A stretch of DNA of 40,217 nucleotides from Nemertoderma westbladi (Eukaryota > Animalia > Xenacoelomorpha), in the NCBI GenBank assembly GCA_032718475.1, contig JAUCBJ010002929.1, forward strand, positions 1 to 40,217, in the 5' to 3' direction. Each line of letters opens with the position of its first letter. Position 1 is the first letter of the stretch. Below are positions 33,790-40,217 of the stretch, piece by piece. The notes beneath the pieces were generated by a model. That model was not told the origin of the DNA and made no database searches. It saw only the letters and a program-made list of their open reading frames with translations. The position numbers were made by a program, and so were the translations under genes.

Positions 33790-35975
33790 CTGGTGATTGC
33801 CTTTGGTTTCATATTCGTGTGAATATGGCGATATGATGCTATTACTGGGTCTGATGAAAAAAGTAGACGATTTATTAAGTCACGGTTGGTGTCTATACGT
33901 GATGATTTTTAAGAGAAATTTTCTCGAAATCTCTTAACATCTTTATTTCTAGCCTCTTGTGCTTCCTCACTGTACATACCAATTGGTAAAGATAATGCTT
34001 TAATAGCAAGGTATCCATGAAGCAACACCTTGTGCATAGACCGTGGCATGTAGTACCAAGCAAACAAAGTAACATATAGCTCTGCTGTTTTCTGGGAATA
34101 GGTGCGGAATGCATCAATATCAACATCGAAACCACATGATAGTGTTATTGTTATTAAGATGGTATGAAGGCGTTTGATGAATGTCTTGTCAATTCCAAGA
34201 ATCTCAGAAGGCAGAAGACAGAACACTCTCAGACAGCTCTCAAACAGCTCAGAAGACAGTTTCAGCATTTTGAAATACACGCCTTGCTGTATTACCATCG
34301 TTGGTCGTTCCAGATCCACCAGGTTTGGGTTGTTCTACATTGAGGCCAAGCCTGTCTCTAAAAGCCTGCTGTAAACGTAATTTTTCAGACTTCACTGAGG
34401 ATTTCGCAGATGCACTTCTTGCAGCCTATTTTTTATGTGGCATTTTGTAAGCAATGTGCAACAGGCACTCAAAAAATCGAATACATTGATGTAAAATGGA
34501 TAGTCCATGATGGTACATTTTAGTTTCCTTGGAGACTGGACGGGCTAGCAAGGTTTTAATATTGTTCATCTGGGAAGGTGTGGCCCCACACACAAGTCAC
34601 AACTCTGAACTTTCTGTCATGTCACTAAGTGCTGTATGAACCTTCCCATCAATCATTGTGAGATCGAATATATGTTCGACATGTAATTTTTCAGTACCAA
34701 TTACAACCTCAGATGGCATCAAGGCATTATTCTCACTCGTGATTCTTTTTTGTGAACTCGAATCGAATTGGTCGGCAATATAATGTTGATGATGGATGTT
34801 GATTTCGCCAAATTATAAGTTTTTCAGATGATTCTGAGAATGCCTTCAATTCGAGTGGAACCAAGCAGGATATAAATATGTTCGATTCATCTGTATCACC
34901 ATCAATTCTGGGAAGCTGCTTGTATCTTGATTGGCCAGAGCTACCATCAAATCCAGCTTTAGTTCGAAGCACAAATCTACAAATATTGCATGTTTTGGAA
35001 TTAGAGTTAAAGGTCTCAATAACATCATTGCTGGTTTCACAGATTCGAGAAACGGTATGGTCTAATAGATGTTGAAGAGGGATGGATGCCGAAAAATCGC
35101 TGACTTCAATTCCAGTTGGGTAGCACAACTGTTTAGCGGTTGTAAGCTGGATATAAATTGGCAGATTTATTAATAGCTTGAAGGCGAAGTACATTATATG
35201 CTGCTTTGGTCAATTTGGCATCTAATATCAAAGCAATAGCTTCGTTTGGTGTATAAGATGTAAACTTATGATCACTTATTGAGCGAATCTGCTGCGCGCT
35301 CTTCACTTTACCTGCTGAATGAAAGGAAGAAGCTGTTGCTGCTACTAGCGCAGAAGTTTCATAATGCTCAGTAATTTCTTGAACTTTTCTTCTCTTTGTA
35401 CGGTCTGATGACTCCTCAAAATCTAATGTACGTCGGCCTACAGCTACATAACCTATACTTTCCTTGCTTGTTGAAGGAAGGGACACATGTGGTTGTGGTG
35501 TTATTGGTGATGGTACAGTGTTAATATCTTCCAAAAAAATTCCGTCCAGAAACGTAGCATTATTATTCTCAAAACGAGATTTAATTCTATGTGCTTTTCT
35601 CCAATAAGTTTTGTATCTAGGCAAAAATGACTTGCAAAGAAAACTTCGTACTCTTTCAGTAGGGACACTAGGAAATTTTCCTTTGATAAATTCAACTAGA
35701 CTATCAACTTTGATATTTTCTGAAAAGTTAATTTTTTATAAATTCGTGAATCTCTCACGAAGCATTATTTAGAGTGAAATGAAAGTAATAAGATTGGAAA
35801 CAATTATGAGCAATTTGTTTACCAAACTTTGTGAGTGAATAAGTCTCACAGTATTTTGCAGAATGTATTTGAGATTTTTATCATAAAATAACTTATTCAT
35901 ATTACATTGAATAATTGTTACTCCTAATGAATGATGAATCATACTGCAAGGGTGTTGATTTATACTAAGGGCCAA
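33790..35975 (-). pseudogene. Transib (RAG1-core-related) transposase, frameshifted
   Basis: FEESSDRTKRRK; KAGFDGSSGQSRYKQ (first D); NIFISCLVPLEL; HPSSTLYCRPIRF; LTMIDGKV (second D); WYYMPRSMHKVLLHG; SEEAQEARNKD (E). Confidence 0.92.
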
Positions 35976-36810
35976 GGGTTTTTGCTTTCATGATAATATC
36001 AGCCAATCATGGTAAGCAACAGAGTTTTACATTGAGGCAACTAACCTGGTTTCTATGGCCATTTGTTTTATATTCCAGCTTAGAGAGCTGAATTTTCAGC
36101 CAATCACTGATCACAAATAACAACTACGCTGAAGTAGAATTCCATTAGTAAGTGAATTGATGTACTTGTTATGTATTGATGTATCTTAATTGTATTGATG
36201 TTACTTGTATCATTATAACCATCAGTGATCATGGTCAATAAAGTATTCAGAGTAGTGATAGGAATTCGATGTGTTCTGCATTAATAAGACTAAATGTTTG
36301 CAATAATAATAGAAAAATGTTGAAAACTGGAATTTTTGAATTGCTCCTTATGCGAAGTGGTGCAAGTAGGAGCAAATTTTTTTTTCATATTTATGATGTA
36401 CGAAGGTTGTATTTGAATGTCTGATAATGTTTTTCAGTGCGGTCGGATTAGTTCGAAAAGTCTGGCTTCCCTAATTACGAAAAATGAAATATTTTTGGGA
36501 AAAAATGTGTAAATGAAACTTGGAGCATGAAGACAACGCTGGGGACCTCTAAATCATCTTAAATACCTCTAATCAGCTCGCCATGGAGAACATTTTTAAA
36601 AAAAAATTCCAATGTAGTCCAATTTTTAAAAAATTTCGTTTTTTTTGGAAATTTTTCCTAAAAACCGAAATTTTGAGTGAAAAATAGATAATTTTTCACC
36701 TCAGAAAAAAATATTGGCAAATATTTTCGGAAAAAAAAATATTTTTTCTTAGGTTTCGAAATATGGGCTACAAGATAGGATATGTTTCAAACCACTAAAA
36801 CAAACTTCAT

Positions 36811-36844
36811 TTTAGGGTATTTTGGCCACCCCTGGCCCACTGTG
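36811..36844 (-). mobile_element. Transib terminal inverted repeat starting CACAGTG
   Basis: The minus strand reads CACAGTG GGCCAGGGGTGG CCAAAATAC upstream of the transposase. No partner TIR was found. Confidence 0.8.
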
Positions 36845-37440
36845 AGGTGCCCCCTCAGGTTTATGACCAATGTTGTCGTACTGCACACTGGCCAGAATGC
36901 ATGGGAGATGGTGGCTTGCTTGAGTAACCTTTATCAAACAAGAGACAACCTCCCTCCAGAACTCAATCTGTTTCATTTGCTCCTTATTGGGAAGCATCAG
37001 TTGCTTTGTACGCCAGCATGCCACCATGGCTAAATTTATGGCATTTATGAGCAAAGAAAAATACCATGCATGAATGCAAGCATGAATTACTGGTCTAAAC
37101 ACAGCCAACGACCGGTCTACTAAATCGACTCCACCCATATATTTATTATAGGCACGAATAATGTATGGTTGTGGAACTTCAGTTTTCGATCAAGCACATA
37201 CATTTTATAGATTACCTTGTATATGAAAACATTGTGTCCCTTCCCAATTCTGACTGATAATACTTTCGCTCCACCAGACCAGACTGGCCAAAACTTATAT
37301 GGTCTTTCTGTGTTGGAATGCATAGACCATAAATCATCTAAATGCCACGGAATTCTCAGGAGGCAGGTTATTCTATTGCGAAGAATGATCTATTTACATT
37401 TTCAACAAAATTGCCCAACAATGTTGGCGTTATTCACATA
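36845..37440 (-). pseudogene. piggyBac transposase C-terminal fragment
   Basis: YMGGVDLVDRSLAVFRP...WYFSLLINAINLAMVACW...QIEFWREV matches the piggyBac YN..MGGVD..D...Y...KWY...A..NAW block. Confidence 0.85.
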
Positions 37441-37959
37441 CTGAATGATAAATTAAATGCTGAAGTGTCATTCATGCTGCTGGAATTTATAAGTGTTTCT
37501 GTACTATTTGGATATCCTTGTGCCTCAAAATAGTATTGGAATTGTTAAAGTTAAGAATAATTTTCAAACAATCACAAGTATATTCTTCTTAGCCAACTAA
37601 CAAAGATGTTTCCTATAAAAATTCCAGTCACTACTGATCTTGCCATTTTCTCTTTTGCATGGCAGTTAATTAATTAATTATTCAATACTAAAAGTATGTT
37701 TGTTATACAATATTTAACCCCTACTGTGTCAAGTATTGTCTTGTTACGAAGTAGTTTATCTTAATACCACATTATTTTGCAATTATTGCTGAAATCTGTT
37801 TCTTTTTTTGTGGGGAACTTGGAAGTGATTTACTTACACAATTGGACTGGAAAATCGGAAAAATAATAATTATATTATTAATAATAATTAATTTTAATAG
37901 AAATATACAAACAGTGCAACCTGCTAGGCATTCTCAAGACTTTAATTTGAAAAGAGTTG

Positions 37960-38500
37960 CTACATACAAACAACGGTTTCTGAAGCTCTTTGATATCGTC
38001 ACTTTGGATAAATTATTGCTAAAAGAGGAGTATCCATTTGTAGTTGGCCAGGGTGGGTTGCGACAAATGTATATTGGAATAATAAAAATAAAAGAAGCAA
38101 AAAAGGGAGGCTGGAAAACAAAGCAACTAGAGCTTGAAAAGCACAGGATAGACAAAATCACCGATATGTCTGTGTTTTGATTCCACCACATGTGTTGATT
38201 AGCAGCAAGGTGATGTATTAGTATTGTCTGATGGTACATCATCAAGTAACTCCTCTGATCCATCACTGCAGGAAACAGTTCGAAAATTCATAATTATGTG
38301 GATGGAATTACCAACAGTTGCCCGCGATGCAGATATGTATGGGTCGCCAAATCGTTTAGCTAAAGCTATAGCAACAGCGACAATCAAAGATACGATGAAG
38401 GAATTTTCAAGTAGTGATATAATAGATAAAAAAATTTTGGAGATGCCGCAAGAAGCTGAGGTTGGAAATGGATAGTAATGGGAGGTGTGCATGACCAACT
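37960..38500 (+). pseudogene. hATm-like transposase N-terminal fragment
   Basis: LFDI...EEYPFVVGQGGLRQMYIG and LPTVARDADMYGSPNRLAKAIATATIKD...IIDKK resemble hATm motifs as I recall them (FL.DQR..R.M.IG; A...DRYG.S.R..A.IA.A.L.D...ID). Confidence 0.55.
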
Positions 38501-38759
38501 GTGGAATTTATTGCGATATCAAGCAGCACAAAAAGGTAGAATATAATTAGCAAAGTTGGGTTTAACAGAGAGTGAAGCTGGTTAGGATTGTGTGCTTTAA
38601 GTTTGAAATATATTTATACTCTATAATATATCACTTTTATAATACTTTACAAAACAAACTATTTAGGGACTGGTACAAATGATAAAAGTAATGTTTCTAA
38701 TTCACCAGGCCCTGCGAGGTACTGTATTTATGAATTTCATACAGACACTAAGCCAGGTT

Positions 38760-39060
38760 CTGAGAACCATAACAATAACACACCCAAAGGAAACGTAAAT
38801 GAAATACATGAGATGCTGCATAGAGAACATTATAATCCGAAGCACTATAACGAGCTGATAAAGTGGATACAGCAAAAACAAAACAGACTTCCACTCAATG
38901 GTGAGAACAGCAACCATGTCCACTCTACCTCTTCTTCGTTCCCTCTGATGTGAGGGAACGATTTTGATTTCTGTGAAATGAAGATGCAAAATGACAGTCT
39001 TGAGTCTTGTTTTGAAGTTTTGAGGGGCCTTCCCATAACAATACTTCACATTATAGTTCA
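38760..39060 (-). pseudogene. hAT (ZMYM1-like) TTF-type zinc-finger fragment
   Basis: GNEEEVEWTWLLFSPLSGSLFCFCCIHF matches the NGE...R.WL.YS....FCF.C.LF pattern. Confidence 0.65.
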
Positions 39061-39159
39061 GTTATATATATTAGCCCTTTGAAGTTATGTAGCCCGATGT
39101 CATCCAGTGTCACAGCATATATGTAGGTATATTTATTACAGTATACAGTATATATATAT

Positions 39160-39330
39160 TATATATGTATGGCTCATCCTCATGGTAAAAGCAATGTCCT
39201 GGCAAATCGGAGGCGGCTCTGTCCAAGTGTCAAGATAGTGGGGACTAATGAAACTCATCCAATGTTATATATAGCTTCATTGGAGATGTGTTCAGTTCAT
39301 TGTACTTGACACAATGAACCCGGCGCATTT
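39160..39330 (-). mobile_element. Fragment of the same RTE family as 4128-7662
   Basis: The reverse complement (cgccgggttcattgtgtcaagtacaatg...cttgacact...cgcctccg...caggacattgcttt) aligns to 7283-7440. Confidence 0.9.
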
Positions 39331-40217
39331 TAATTGGAATTCACCAGAAGGTAGTAGAGTATGAGTATTATAATCCCCTCGGCTGACTGTTTGATGTTAT
39401 GGGATTAATTGCTATGGATCGCTTTTCAGAGGATATTGAGAAATATTCTTCAGCAACATGGTCTGCTACATAAAGTCTACGTTTAAAGTCTTTCTCAATA
39501 ACAGCTTTTGAACTACAGCACCAGTTTTTGAAGCTTTGCACAAGTTGCACAACTTATTGTTTTTTATGAACTTTCATTGGGCCACATATGGTCTGAAAAA
39601 TAATAATAATACCTACTCGGTGCGATTTCGTCAATACTCAAGGAGTTAACATCAATTAGGGATCGTGCGTCTTCGGCTTTCTTTCTTTTTCTTACAGATT
39701 TCTCTCTTACAGATATTCCACAAATTGATGCCGAAGCTGCAGTCGAAATGTCTAAGTTGGTATATGTTTGTCCTTCCCCTGAGTCTCCCGCAGACCGAAG
39801 TTCATAATTTTGTTCAAAGTTCCAAACTTCACTGCGACTGTTGCTGGAGTACTTTATAATTCCTTCGTAGTATATTATGTTATTGTTTCTCCAGCCATAA
39901 TTAATGTCTCACATGTGTCGTCTATCTTATAAGTTTGTACCATGGAATGTCGCCCGTCATCCCAGACTACAAATAGCCAGTTAGGTGGTCGTTGAACACG
40001 AGGAGCCATATTAAACAATTAAGTTATAAATTATAAAAAACAAAAACTAGGGCACTGTGTACACTGAGTAGAAAACAACAAGAAAGGTTGAAACATTATT
40101 TTAACTTAATTATACATCCAGGAGTCTGAGATTTTTTCATATATCCTCTCCATAAACTCTTCTCTGATTGGTTAATACTTCATGCCTAAAATAAACTAGC
40201 CAATTGAAAATACGTGT

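Noticed and set aside
33790-35975. Host RAG1 gene
   Set aside because: It is frameshifted, lacks the RAG1 N-terminal RING region and any RAG2 partner, and has a TIR and Transib-type motifs.
39368-39860. BED-finger/hAT fragment on the minus strand (SEVWNF...)
   Set aside because: Only one short motif and no convincing Cys/His pattern, so the support is too weak.

Overview
AT-rich animal (probably invertebrate) genomic DNA made almost entirely of transposable elements; I found no host gene. The main feature is a young, full-length ~17.2 kb Bel/Pao LTR retrotransposon (15895-33094, + strand, 5-bp TSD TTTCC). Its two ~1.94 kb LTRs are near-identical and have non-canonical TA...TA termini. It carries a ~2976-codon Gag-PR-RT-RNase H-IN frame split by one in-frame TGA, plus a frameshifted extra ORF3 with three CCHC knuckles in the env position. 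It is unusual in three ways. (i) It has no tRNA-type TGG primer-binding site: the 11 nt abutting the 5' LTR (GTAGGAATATG) are instead the exact complement of an 11-mer inside the LTR, resembling Tf1-like self-priming. (ii) Each LTR contains a tRNA-derived Pol III cassette. (iii) A GGAAGACTYGYGRGCCT hairpin motif recurs about every 2-2.5 kb along the internal region. Around the element lie a decayed RTE LINE (inside or beside a Merlin transposase relic), other LINE fragments, relics related to the long LTR, a Transib relic with a 12-RSS-like terminus, and piggyBac and hAT fragments. All calls come from reading the sequence by eye; no database search was run.
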